The notes beneath the pieces are model-generated. The model had not been told where the DNA came from. It saw only the letters and a program-made list of their open reading frames with translations, and searched no databases. Below, piece after piece: positions 53,194 through 64,000 of a stretch of 64,000 nt of DNA. The stretch is from assembly GCA_002269645.1 (NCBI GenBank), contig NIVC01001701.1, positions 1-64,000 on the forward strand, written 5' to 3'. Source of the stretch: Macrostomum lignano (lineage: Eukaryota). Each line of letters starts with the position of its first letter. Positions within the stretch are counted from its first letter, which is position 1. A program made the translations under genes and the position numbers.

Positions 53194-55172
53194 ATGATAG
53201 GCTCCGAGCTTGACGATCTCGAAGTTGGTTTTATATAACCGACTAAAAGCATAGGCTTTTACTTAGTCGATTTGTTTGTGTCCGTTTCTCTGTATTTATT
53301 ACCAAAATTTAACAAGTCCATGCGTTCATCAAGCTGTCCGGTCTGTCGCAATCGCTAGTTTCAACAGGCTTGTTATAAACAGATGCGTTAGTAAATTGGT
53401 ACCCGTCCAAACCATCTATATCTTAGTTTTATCCTTCTGTCACTGCATTATGTATTAAAGTTATAAACGACTTGCTCTTTTTTATGTTCAAGCCATAGGA
53501 TAGTCACCCACGAGTCGTTCCGTTCCCATCCCATACATCTCGTTGCAGCAATACCTGTATTCTGTATTTCCCAGTGTTCTGGTGTAGCTAAACTTACAGA
53601 CAGCTTTTCTGACTAGGCTGCAGTTTGCAGTTTGCAGACAGCATTTAGCTCTGAATTTGTCCCTTGCTGTTGATGCGGAAATTACTACGTGCACTATACA
53701 TTAATTAGTTAACTAAGCGAATTATAAATTGGTAACAATTAAGTAACAATGCCTACATCTAAGTTTACTTCCTTGCTTACCTAAAAGTAATTCTGTTGCA
53801 GTCTTGTTAATTTGGGGAAAAGTAGCTTTTTGGTAATATTTACTGATATACTGAAGCAAAAACAAATAGTTTTTTATTGCTTAGCTATCATGCATTTTGG
53901 GGGTTAAAGCAGATAAAAATATGTGTTCGTTTAACGCACAAATAGGACGATAAAGTATGGTCTAATTCAGTTAATTAAAGCAGTATTAACTTCTTAAATA
54001 TTTTAACATATTGGCTAATTTTTATCAATTGGCCACGCAAGCCAGTTATTGTACAAATAACGGTACGATACCGGCCGTATTTTGTCTAAGTAATTAGTAA
54101 GGCTTTAAACTGTACAATCAAATACAAAGTAAAAAATTATAATGAAATAAAATAATTAGGAAACTTGTCCAGCTTGAAATGCAGTAAAGTAAAGTAAACT
54201 TTGTTTTAAAAAGATGTTTACACGTAATTTTCAAGGACGACTTAAGTCGTCCTTGGTAATTTTTTGTATTTCGTGTGGCGCACGCGCACATCTGCAGCCG
54301 GCGATCTTATGTTATATGGCGCGCCTTGCCTTGCATAGTCCATTTTGGTTTAAATACTGCTTCATAATTTCAAAACTTTTATTCTCTAGCAGTTATTTCC
54401 ACGAACCTGTAGGCCTACCAAAAATTTACGAAGTTTTAAAACTAATGAGACTTGGGAGTTGACATTAAGAGTAAGACTAGTAGGGCCGGGGCGGGGGGCC
54501 TAAGACTTAAGACTTATTTATGATGAAAACTAAGGCAGTAGGTCTACTATAACTAGGCCTAGCCTAGTCAAAAATTTTTAAGCAATAAACTACCTCTAGC
54601 AGTTAGGTTAGGACTGAATAGCATTTTATCTATTTTGAAATTTGTGTAATCCTACTGGCATTGCATTAGGCCTAATGCATTCTGCTATGCTAGGCCTCCT
54701 CATGCATCAGACTATTGATTGCTAGGGGCCTACAGTCTGGGTTTTTTGGGCCATAGCCTATGGGGTTTTTTGGCCCCTTGAAAATCTCATTGGCAACTAG
54801 ATGTTTTTGGCATCAGAGGCCAATCTGGCAACTTAATTTTCCTTATGCCAGTTGCCAATTTCAAAAAATGATTTTGTAAGTGTAATATAAAATTAAAATA
54901 TATATACACATAAATGCTAATGTCATGTTTAATATTTTGTTAGTAGACAAAATGACTAAATTGTATTTTTGCAAAAAAAGTGGCAAACAAACTGGCAGCA
55001 GACAAAATGACTATCAACCATTTTATTCTCTTAGTCTTGGGCATTCCTAGTATCAAAGGGTCATGACTTCTAAAAATGTTATAGGCCCTACTGCCCTGAG
55101 GGAGGCAATTTACTGCCCTAAGGTGTTTTATTACTCTAAGGTGATCTATTGCTCTGAGGCAATCTTTTGCTA

Positions 55173-55463
55173 GGTAATGGCTAGAGTTCCGACACCGGAA
55201 CCTGTCTTCTAATGGCTATGGATCCGGCAGTCTTCTGCAGGCAGTTATCTACTAATGAAGTCTTTGAACATTAGAAGTATCTTGTTTTGAATCTCATCGT
55301 TTCGTTTTGATCTTATCTTGAGCAAAATCCCAATATCAACAACCTGTTAAAAAAGTAAAATGTTTCTGCTATATTATACCCATAAATTGCACTATTGGAA
55401 TACCACTGCCAGATCCATAGCCATTAGAAAATGGGTTCCGGTGCCGGAACTCTAGCCATTGCC
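55173..55463. mobile_element. 291-bp Mutator-type MITE
   Basis: About 60-bp TIRs (GGTAATGGCTAGAGTTCCG / CGGAACTCTAGCCATTGCC); 9-bp TSD CTTTTGCTA at 55164-55172 and 55464-55472. Confidence 0.88.
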
Positions 55464-55904
55464 CTTTTGCTATTAGGCAATTTACTGCTCTGAGATAGAT
55501 GTTTTATTGCTCTGAGTCTGAGACAACCTACTGTCCTAAGGTGATCTATTGCTCTGACTCCCCCTTTGAGCTTAAGGTAATTTTCACTTTCTGATGGATC
55601 TTAATTCTCCCAGGTTGAGGCTTTTAATTCTTAATAAATAAATAAGCCAAATTGAAAAATTGTTATATATTTAATGAGTAATAAATTTTGCTTGCAAGTT
55701 TTCAGGTTTGTAGATCTTTGCAAGTTAGCAAGTTGCTTCCCTTGGCCTACTCAAGGCTTCTAGGCCTATTTATATTAGTTGAGCAGTCTATTTAAAGCTG
55801 GGTTTTTTTTTTCGCCAGAGATAAGGTGTGAAATCGCACCTTGTGCCAAATTTCAAGGTGCGATTTTAAGGCTCAGAGTGCAATTTCTCTTGAGTCTTGT
55901 TTAG

Positions 55905-58390
55905 AATGTGAGGGTTTCACGAGAGATATTCAGACAGACATTCGAAACGATCGTCTGTAACTTTAAACAAAATTGACCCGCTTCAACCATCTTTTTGGCA
56001 AATACTTACGCAAGTGTTGGGCGTCGAATAAGCTTTAATTTATTAACTGAAGTAAAAATCCTTCTGACATACATTGATTTAAAAATTGCTTAGCAACACT
56101 AGCTCTGATTAGAAATCGCTTTAGTGTTGACTAAAATTGTTTTGATCGTAGCAGCCTAAAAGCAGATACTGGATTTAAAAATGCTTCGATTTACTCTATA
56201 CGCATGTCTCAGCTTTAAAATGACACCTCAGGCGTCGCAAAAGACAGCTTTGATGCTGAGATATTCGACACTAAACATGCATTGCTTTGCGCAATCTCAC
56301 ATTCAGAAATTTCACTGATTTTTTGTCGATATTTGTGCAGTTGCCGTGTCCTTGTTTTTCATCAGAAACTTGTCAAATTCTAGTCATGTCCAGTTTAAAC
56401 CTGGACTTCTCTTAAACTGTCTTAAGTATTTGATTTTTAATGATTCCTGCCTTTATATTGCATAGATTGTACCTGAGTCAGTGAGTCTGTGAGTGTACAT
56501 TTGTACATATGGCAACCAATCATGACTTTTTCACCGCTTTGTGGTTCAAATAAATATACGAATGTACGAGAAACATGTTCCAACTGTTATTGAGAGAAAT
56601 TGACGTCGCGTTTATTAACAGTCAGTGGCAATTAATATGAAGCAAATAGTTTATTGTTATGTTTTTACTTTTTTTGCGTGGCAATTCTGCTATCCAAATC
56701 GGAATGAGGTAAGCGGTGGGAATAAAATAAAAAGGAAGAATTTTTTCTACTGTTGTTGCAACCCAATAGCTATATGTACTTCAAACTTTTTAGATTGAAC
56801 TGGCGATTTCTAATGTACTGCTAAGCTTTCCAATCCCTACGGACTACAGTAGCAGTTCTTAACTTTTTTCTGTCTTGACTTCTAGACTCGGAATTCGGAA
56901 CAACCTAAGGAGCCGCATGAAAATATTTAATTGGATAAAGATATTTTCTAAAAACAGCTTAAGTCGTGACACATCTTCTTCTCACCTCAGTCCATCAACT
57001 GCTGCTCCTTCTGAGACCAAAGCGATCATGAAAGTAAAACAGATCAGTTTAGATCCCATGGCCATGAATACAACCATTTCAATTGTGAACCTGCTTCGCT
57101 TACAAGTACGAGCACTAGCCTTCCATTTGATGCCATTAGCTCACTTAACTCTGAAATAGTTCAAGGACGGTTCCAAATGTTGAGATCTGACGTAGAAGCA
57201 GTCCAATTTGTGGAAATTTATCAACTGGACTCCATGAATCACTCCAATGAAAGGCGGCGAATAGCTGCAGAATGCGTAAACAAGTTTAAGTGAGTCACAA
57301 AAACCCCATTTACTGTAACTACATACACTTGTACGTTAGCAAGGCTCCATGCGATGGTTAATAAATGGAGAAGTAGACAAGCATCTGAACAAATATTGAA
57401 TAAAAATCAGTGAAGTTTCCGAATGTGAGTTTGAGCAAAGCAACGTTTAGTGTAGAATATCTCAGCATCAAAGCTGTCTTTTGCAATGCCTGAGGTGTCA
57501 TTTTAAAGCTGAGACATGCGTATAGACATGACTAGAATTTGACAAGATTCTGATGAAAAACAAGGACATGGCAACTGCACAAATATCGACAAAAAATCAG
57601 TGAAATTTCTGAATGTGAGATTGCGCAAAGCAATGCATGTTTAGTGTCGAATATCTCAGCATCAAAGCTGTCTTTTGCGACGCCTGAGGTGTCATTTTAA
57701 AGCTGAGACATGCGTATAGAGTAAATCGAAGCATTTTTAAATCCAGTATCTGCTTTTAGACTGCTACGATCAAAACAATTTTAGTCAACACTAAAGCGAT
57801 TTCTAATCAGAGCTAGTGTTGCTAAGCAATTTTTAAATCAATGTATGTCAGAAGGATTTTTACTTCAGTTAATAAATTAAAGCTTATTCGACGCCCAACA
57901 CTTGCGTAAGTATTTGCCAAAAAGATGGTTGAAGCGGGTCAATTTTGTTTGAAGTTACAGACAATCATTTTGAATGTCTGTCTGAATGGGTCTCCCTAAA
58001 ACACGCCCCGCACCGCCCTGCAGCGCTACACATTAAAACAAATTGGACTATAACTAAAGACACTTCAGAATGCGTTTTCTGTTAAGCTTCAAGTTTTTAT
58101 TAAATTTAGTTTTTTTACTTTGAAATATAAAATTCGGTGAACAATAAGTGATATTAATAATAATATTAATAAAATAATAATATTATAATTAAATAATGAA
58201 AACGAGAATATAAAAAATAATAATATTTAAAAAAAAAATAAAGATATTTATTCCATTACTATTTTAACTTTTCCTTGCAATCAAATACTGCATTGACAAA
58301 AAATGTTATAATGTGTAGCAGTTCGGGGCCCGGTGCGGGGCGTGTTTTAGGGAGCCTTTGTCTGAATATCTCTCGTGAAACCCTCACATT
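55905..58390. mobile_element. Long-TIR (about 490 bp) foldback element
   Basis: 55905-56390 is near-identical to the reverse complement of 57525-57987 plus 58368-58390; part of the arm is duplicated again at about 57405-57524. No TSD or intact ORF found. Confidence 0.85.
57988..58358. mobile_element. Mutator-type MITE inserted in the right arm of the foldback element
   Basis: TIR GGGTCTCCCTAAAACACGCCCCGCACC / GGTGCGGGGCGTGTTTTAGGGAG; 9-bp TSD TGTCTGAAT at 57979-57987 and 58359-58367. Confidence 0.87.
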
Positions 58391-60326
58391 GCTCACATTT
58401 CAGACAACTGGGAATGTATATTTTAATATCTTACATAAGGCTATAGCTATAGGCTATATCGCCTATATGACTTAATAGGATTTAAAGAGTTATTTTGTTT
58501 CATATTTTAAGGCAGTGCATAAAAAATAGCTTAAGCATGGTTAAGCCTTTAAAGAAAAATGGTTATAAGACCGCACCTAAACCGCACCTACTTTTTTAAT
58601 TTCAGGGTGCGATTTTAAAATTTAGGGTGCATACGCACACTCTGCGCACAAAAAAAAAACCCTGATTTAAAGCAAATTTATTTGCAAAGTATTATTTTGT
58701 ATCACAACATTAAAACAAAAATATTTTAGTGGACATTTGAAAATTAGTACTCGTATTTTCTAAGAAATAATAGTTTTTAGTTGTAATTATAGCAAAATAT
58801 ACTAAAAGAATATAAAGTATTATAGAAATGGTGCAATTTGCATTATGAGAATAAATCTCAAAAAGTCATTGTCAAAATCAAAACTTAGACAAAAAATAAG
58901 CCTAGCAATGGCTAGCATGAACTTATATCAATGAATGAATGCAACTAAATCATAAATGTGCTAGGCCTAAGCCAATTAAAATTTAGTCAAAGTAGAAAAG
59001 TTTTTAACCAACTAAGAATTTAAACAATCCTAAGACAAGTTAATTAGACAATTAAGAAGATTGTTCTATAGGCCTACCTAGTCTATAGATTATAATTTTT
59101 GTTAATCTTTAAATTTTTATTTTTAAATATCTTATTTCTATGTATGTTTTATGTTTTATATGGCTTAAGGCATAGTAAAGTAATTTATATAATGTCAGTT
59201 CTATGCCAATAATGCTCTATTTATTTTAATAGCCTTTTTGACTATTCTCTTTCCTCTCTTCTTTTCCCTTTCTTCTTTTTTCTTTCATTTCTTTGCCCTC
59301 TTTTTCTCTCCTCTCTCCCCTCTCCTATTGCAGCCAATGACCATTATTGCAGACAGCATTGTTTAAGTCCTGAATTCTAGAGACTATAATATTTATACTA
59401 GAATTAAATTTTTAACATAAATATATAAAACTTCTGGCCTCATAAAAGAATCATATAGTTGGTATAAGAGCTATATTAATAAGTAAGAATATCATTACTA
59501 GTAAGAATATAAAGATTCTAATTATAATTATATATTTAAACAAGTATACCCTAGACTATAGCAATAGGTCTTTAAAAAGAAAGGTACTAGGCCTAATTAA
59601 ATGACAATGCTATTGATTAAAGAGTGTGCTCTTTGTATAAAAATATTTTGTTATTAATGTAAAAAAACACATTGACACTTTTTTGCTACCATTGAACATT
59701 GAAATTAATAAATAGTTGTTTTGCTTAAGTGACCTATAATAAGGCCTCTGTAGATTAATAGAAGCAAACTAAATGCTTCTACCAATGCTCTTAGAACTTA
59801 ACTCTGTTGCAGACATTACACTATTATCATTGCAAGGAACCTCGTCTAACCGAATTTACATTAGAATAGCCTATAAGGCTTCTATGAAGACTATAGAGTA
59901 TCTTTAAAAAGACAAAAATATATATCAACTTAATAGAATCATTTAAAAAATCCCATCTTGTTTGTTGTGCTAAACCCTGGTGGTATTAATAAGAGTTAAA
60001 TTCCTCAATTTACCTTAATTTTTATATTTTAAATTAGGGTTACATAGCATTAGGGTTCATTGTCACCATTCATTGTAAAATTTGTTTTCATCATGCTAGG
60101 CTAGTTATATATTGAGTTTGAAGTACTTATTCATCATAGTTTTCATTAGCTGATAGCTGTGACATTAGTTTGCAGAATTGACATTGAAAATAACATAGCA
60201 TGTATTTTTTTACAATTTTAATATTTTTACTTTGGTAATCCTGCATTTGCAGCTGTTTGAGCTGTCCAGCAGTTGCAACTCATCGTCAGATTTGCTCAGA
60301 GATTTCTAATTAACCAAAGCGCTGCA

Positions 60327-63300
60327 ATGTCTGCCATCTCCTTTCCCAATGAGCCGCGGGCGCAGTTCCCCAATGCCAGCCGCGACGAGCAGGAGTACAT
60401 CAAGTACTTGTGCGGAGTCAAACTGACCGATGCCGGCTCTGTGAGTCTCGCGCTGTCTTGTGGGTTGCTCAACTTGCATTTGGGCTTCTTTGTGATTTTG
60501 ATTCGATAGCTGGCAAATATGAATTCAATCGGCTTGCCCTGTTTCTTAATCACTTGTGCAATGAGTCAAATATAGAGGATAAAAAACTTTTCAAAAGATA
60601 CTAGGTTAGGCTTTGTGGGCCACCGCCACAGCGCCAGCCTCCCAGATCCTCAGTTGCTGGGCCAGCCTCCCAGATCCTCAGTTGCTGGGCCAGCCTCCCA
60701 GATCCTCAGTTGCTGGGCCAGCCTCCCAGATCCTCAGTTGCTGGGCCAGCCTCCCAGATCCTCAGTTGCTGGGCCAGCCTCCCAGATCCTCAGTTGCTGG
60801 GCCAGCCTCCCAGATCCTCAGTTGCTGGTCCAGCCTCCCTGATCCTCAGTTGCTGGGCCAGCCTCTCAGATCCTCAGTTGCTGGGCCAGCCTCCCAGATC
60901 CTCAGTTGCTGGGCCAGCCTCCCAGATCCTCAGTTGCTGGGCCAGCCTCCCAGATCCTGAGTTGCTGGGCCGCTGTCACCCTCTGGGATCTGCTTCAGAT
61001 TGTGGAATTTTAACTTGCAATACAATTAAAGCCAGAAGCGGCACATCTCGCTGACCAGCAGTAGTGCCATAAATTTGGCTGTATGAGGCCTGCCGTGGCT
61101 GTCCGTGTTTCATTGCCAACCGACGCTCCTAGCCGCCATCTCAATCGCCCTCCCCGACCCCCTAGGCTGATGGTAAACCAAAATCCGCCCTCAGTGCGGA
61201 GGTGGCAAAGGCCAGGCAGAAAATTACAGAGAGCCTGGCCATTGCTGTAAGTACAGCTTGCACTTTGCTCCGAGAGCGCCTTAATTCGCCTACAAGTGTG
61301 CATTGAGTCAGTGGCTGCTGTCCCGCGTTTATTGTTACCATTCTGGGTTCTGGGGTCACCTGTTTTCCTATCACTAAGAATGTATTCTGCATGCACGATT
61401 TCTCTCTGGTTGAATTGTAGTTTCTAGTCCTTGATTGATAGGTAAATCCGGTTCTTGAGTCCTTCAGCTCCCTCCACCCTCAGCCCTTCAGCTCCCTCCA
61501 CCCTCAGCCCTTCAGCTCCCTCCACCCTCAGCCCTTCAGCTCCCTCCACCCTCAGCCCTTCAGCTCCCTCCACCCTTAACCCCTCTGCTCCCTCCACCCT
61601 CAGCCCTTCAGCTCCCTCCACCCTCAGTCCTTCAGCTCCCTCCACCCTCAGCCCTTCAGCTCCCTCCACCCTCAGTCCTTCAGCTCCCTCCACCCTCAGC
61701 CCTTCAGCTCCCTCCACCCTCAGCCCTTCAGCTCCCTCCACCCTCAGTCCTTCAGCTCCCTCCACCCTCAGCCCTTCAGCTCCCTCCACCCTCAGTCCTT
61801 CAGCTCCCTCCACCCTCAGCCCTTCAGCTCCCTCCACCCTCAGCCCTTCAGCTCCCTCCACCCTCAGCCCTTCAGCTCCCTCCACCCTCAGTCCTTCAGC
61901 TCCCTCCACCCTCAGCCCTTCAGCTCCCTCCACCCTCAGCCCTTCAGCTCCCTCCACCCTCAGCCCTTCAGCTCCCTCCACCCTCAGTCCTTCAGCTCCC
62001 TCAGCCCTTCAGCTCCCTCCACCCTCAGCCCTTCAGCTCCCTCCACCCTCAGCCCTTCAGCTCCCTCCACCCTCAGCCCTTCAGCTCCCTCCACCCTCAG
62101 TCCTTCAGCTCCCTCCACCCTCAGCCCTTCAGCTCCCTCCACCCTCAGTCCTTCAGCTGCCTGCGCCTTCGGTCCTTCAGTCCTCTACCCTCTGCCCCAC
62201 GGCCCTAGCAGCTTTGCATTGACGTGCCATAATTTACCTCCTCAATACCAATAGCATTTTGCACTGCATTTCACTTTAATTATCACTCCTCACAAAAACC
62301 AGCAGCGTCTCTCGCATACCTTAAATCTGGTTTTTCGCCATTTTCGGAAATAATAATCTTACTTCAGTTTGTACCGTTGTGATGTTCATTGTTTAAGATA
62401 ATTTTTGTCAAGCCAGTCTACCGGCTCTTACAAAACAAAAAGTGCAGCGCACAGCCTTATTAACGTGTTGTGGAGTGCCTTGTGTTGGATTCATTTAACC
62501 TAGCGTCTCGACTCTCGACCCTTCTGCGGGGGGAGGGGGGGCACAGGGTCTCATTTTTGGGCTGTGTAATTGTCCTGGGGTCATTCAGGTCATCTTGGGA
62601 CTGAATAATAGGCTTGGGACACCCAGCTGCTCGGTAGACCTAGGGTCATTCGGGGTCAGTTCGGGTCACCCAGCTGCTCGGTAGACCTAGGGTCATTCGG
62701 GGTCAGTTTGGGTCACTCAGCTGATCGAAAGGCCCATTGTATTGTTAGCTCGTACTCATCAATAGCCCAATACTAAGTGGAATTTGTGAAAATATTCTTA
62801 ATTCAATCAGCTTGCATTCTCTGTGGGCTGCGGTGTTAAGACCGTACCTTATATTTTTTTCTATTTAATCGTGTACTTTACTTTCGTGCTGTCTTTGCAA
62901 CAACGTGTCTTGTGTTTGTGGTATAACTATTTATTTTTAGAATGCTTTATTTATACTACTATTATATTTTACTTATTGATAGAATTTTCCTATTGTTTCC
63001 TATGCCTGCTTGCACTTGTATGTAATATTAAATGACTTCTAGTAAACTTTGCGTTGTGCCCTACTTACAGTAGCCGCCTGCAATCAGTTGTGTAGAAATT
63101 CTGCAATCATTGCTTAATGATGACTTTCCCTGTCTGTGCCAGAGCGCCTCCGGAGACGATGCTCGAATTGCCAAGCTGGAGGCGGACAACAAGAACCTGC
63201 TGAAGAGTGAGTTCGGTTTTGTGACTTCTTCGGTTATTGTATGCTTTGCCTTTCCCCGTTTCCTCAGGCCTCCGCTGCTTCTCCCTTCCCCCGTTCCCTC

Positions 63301-63702
63301 AGGCCTCCGCTGCTTCTCCCTTCCCCCGTTCCCTCAGGCCTCCGCTGCTTCTCCCTTCCCCCGTTCCCTCAGGCCTCCGCTGCTTCTCCCTTCCCCCGTT
63401 CCCTCAGTCTCTATAGCAATACTAATTCCATGTGATGTCTGAGCCAGCAGCAGCTTTGCCCACCCACGCCGCCCCCGCCAGCCGTGGACTGCTTGACCAG
63501 CCGCATCGCTGAGCTGGAGAAAAAGTTCGCCGCCCTCTCCGCCGGCGGCCCGGCCAAACCCGCCGCCCCGCCAGCAGCCGCCAAGCAGAAGAACGGTGGC
63601 GACGACGACGACGTGGACCTGTTTGGTTCCGACGACGAGGAGGCGGACGCCGAGGCCGAGCGGATCAAGCAGGAACGGCTGCAGGCCTACCAGGAGAAAA
63701 AG
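60327..63702 (+). CDS. EEF1D: Translation elongation factor eEF1B-delta, 5' part (3'-partial); join(60327..60440,63143..63206,63482..63702,...)
   Basis: ARIAKLEADNKNLLK|TVDCLTSRIAELEKK (leucine zipper) and DDDDVDLFGSDDEEADAEAERIKQERLQAYQEKK (acidic CK2 region of eEF1B); phases 0,1,0. The first exon is less certain and the GEF domain lies beyond the window. Confidence 0.85.
60630..60970. repeat. 29-bp minisatellite in EEF1D intron
   Basis: Unit GCCAGCCTCCCAGATCCTCAGTTGCTGGG. Confidence 0.95.
61455..62160. repeat. 24-bp minisatellite in EEF1D intron
   Basis: Unit CCCTCAGCCCTTCAGCTCCCTCCA; source of the SPSAPSTL and EGAEGLRV ORFs. Confidence 0.96.
62625..62720. repeat. Short tandem duplication (about 47 bp, 2 copies)
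   Basis: CAGCTGCTCGGTAGACCTAGGGTCATTCGGGGTCAGTT repeated. Confidence 0.8.
63250..63407. repeat. 35-bp minisatellite resembling 3' splice sites in EEF1D intron
   Basis: CTCAG at 35-bp spacing (CAG at 63265, 63300, 63335, 63370, 63405), each preceded by a pyrimidine tract. Confidence 0.92.
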
Positions 63703-63814
63703 GTGAGGCTTAGCTTCGCCATTGAGTGCATGCTGTGGGGCTTGCAGTTCGAGACAACCGTTTGTTAATTTGAGTGCCAGACTGGACCTGCTGAGACTGA
63801 GACTAAAGCCATCA

Positions 63815-64000
63815 GGCTGAGACTAGAGCCCTCAGGCTGAGACTAGAGCCCTCAGGCTGAGACTAGAGCCCTCAGGCTGAGACTAGAGCCCTCAGGCTGA
63901 GACTAGAGCCCTCAAGCTGAGACTAGAGCCACCAGTATGAGATTAGAGACACCAGACTGAGACTAGAGCCTTCAGGCTGAGACTAGAGCCCTCAGGCTGA
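63815..64000. repeat. 20-bp minisatellite in EEF1D intron (runs off window)
   Basis: Unit GAGACTAGAGCCCTCAGGCT. Confidence 0.93.

Larger units (their letters stand above)
55798..58664. mobile_element. hAT-type element hosting nested insertions
   Basis: Ends CTGGGTTTTTTTTT / AAAAAAAAACCCTG; 8-bp TSD ATTTAAAG at 55790-55797 and 58665-58672. Confidence 0.8.

Noticed and set aside
54520-54617. Candidate C/D box snoRNA (ATGATGA...CTGA)
   Set aside because: Weak terminal stem, no clear C'/D' boxes and no rRNA complementarity I could verify; snoScan would be needed.
61424-62222. Mucin-like SPSAPSTL and EGAEGLRV ORFs
   Set aside because: A 24-bp intronic repeat with no evident splice signals linking it to EEF1D.

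Overview
Eukaryotic (animal) genomic DNA with spliceosomal GT-AG introns. The GC-rich coding exons, minisatellite-filled introns and NPF-type neuropeptide are most consistent with a free-living flatworm of the Macrostomum type; this is inference, not a database match. Five host genes were reconstructed exon by exon with consistent splice phases: Rab11 (-, 4 exons, 218 aa), an NR4A/Nur77/Hr38 nuclear receptor (+, 6 coding exons, about 739 aa), a neuropeptide F/Y precursor (-, 2 exons, with a 1-nt frameshift in this sequence), API5 (+, 6 exons, 593 aa) and the 5' part of eEF1B-delta (+, runs off the window). The first introns of Rab11 and API5 and the API5-EEF1D interval are AT-rich and hold nested transposons: hAT and Mutator MITEs, mariner remnants, a FLYWCH/Phantom MULE, a long-TIR foldback element, and a tRNA-SINE carrying a LINE insertion. 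A degenerate Gypsy pol lies at about 32.7-34.1 kb. Most downstream introns each carry their own minisatellite, which accounts for nearly all long ORFs in the supplied track. The best leads are the frameshifted NPF gene, the gene-scale AT-to-GC polarity coupled to repeat type, a CCATAGAC-bounded element with a possible Crypton-like ORF, and orphan CCAAT/TATA promoter units. No CRISPR array, rRNA or intact tRNA gene was found.
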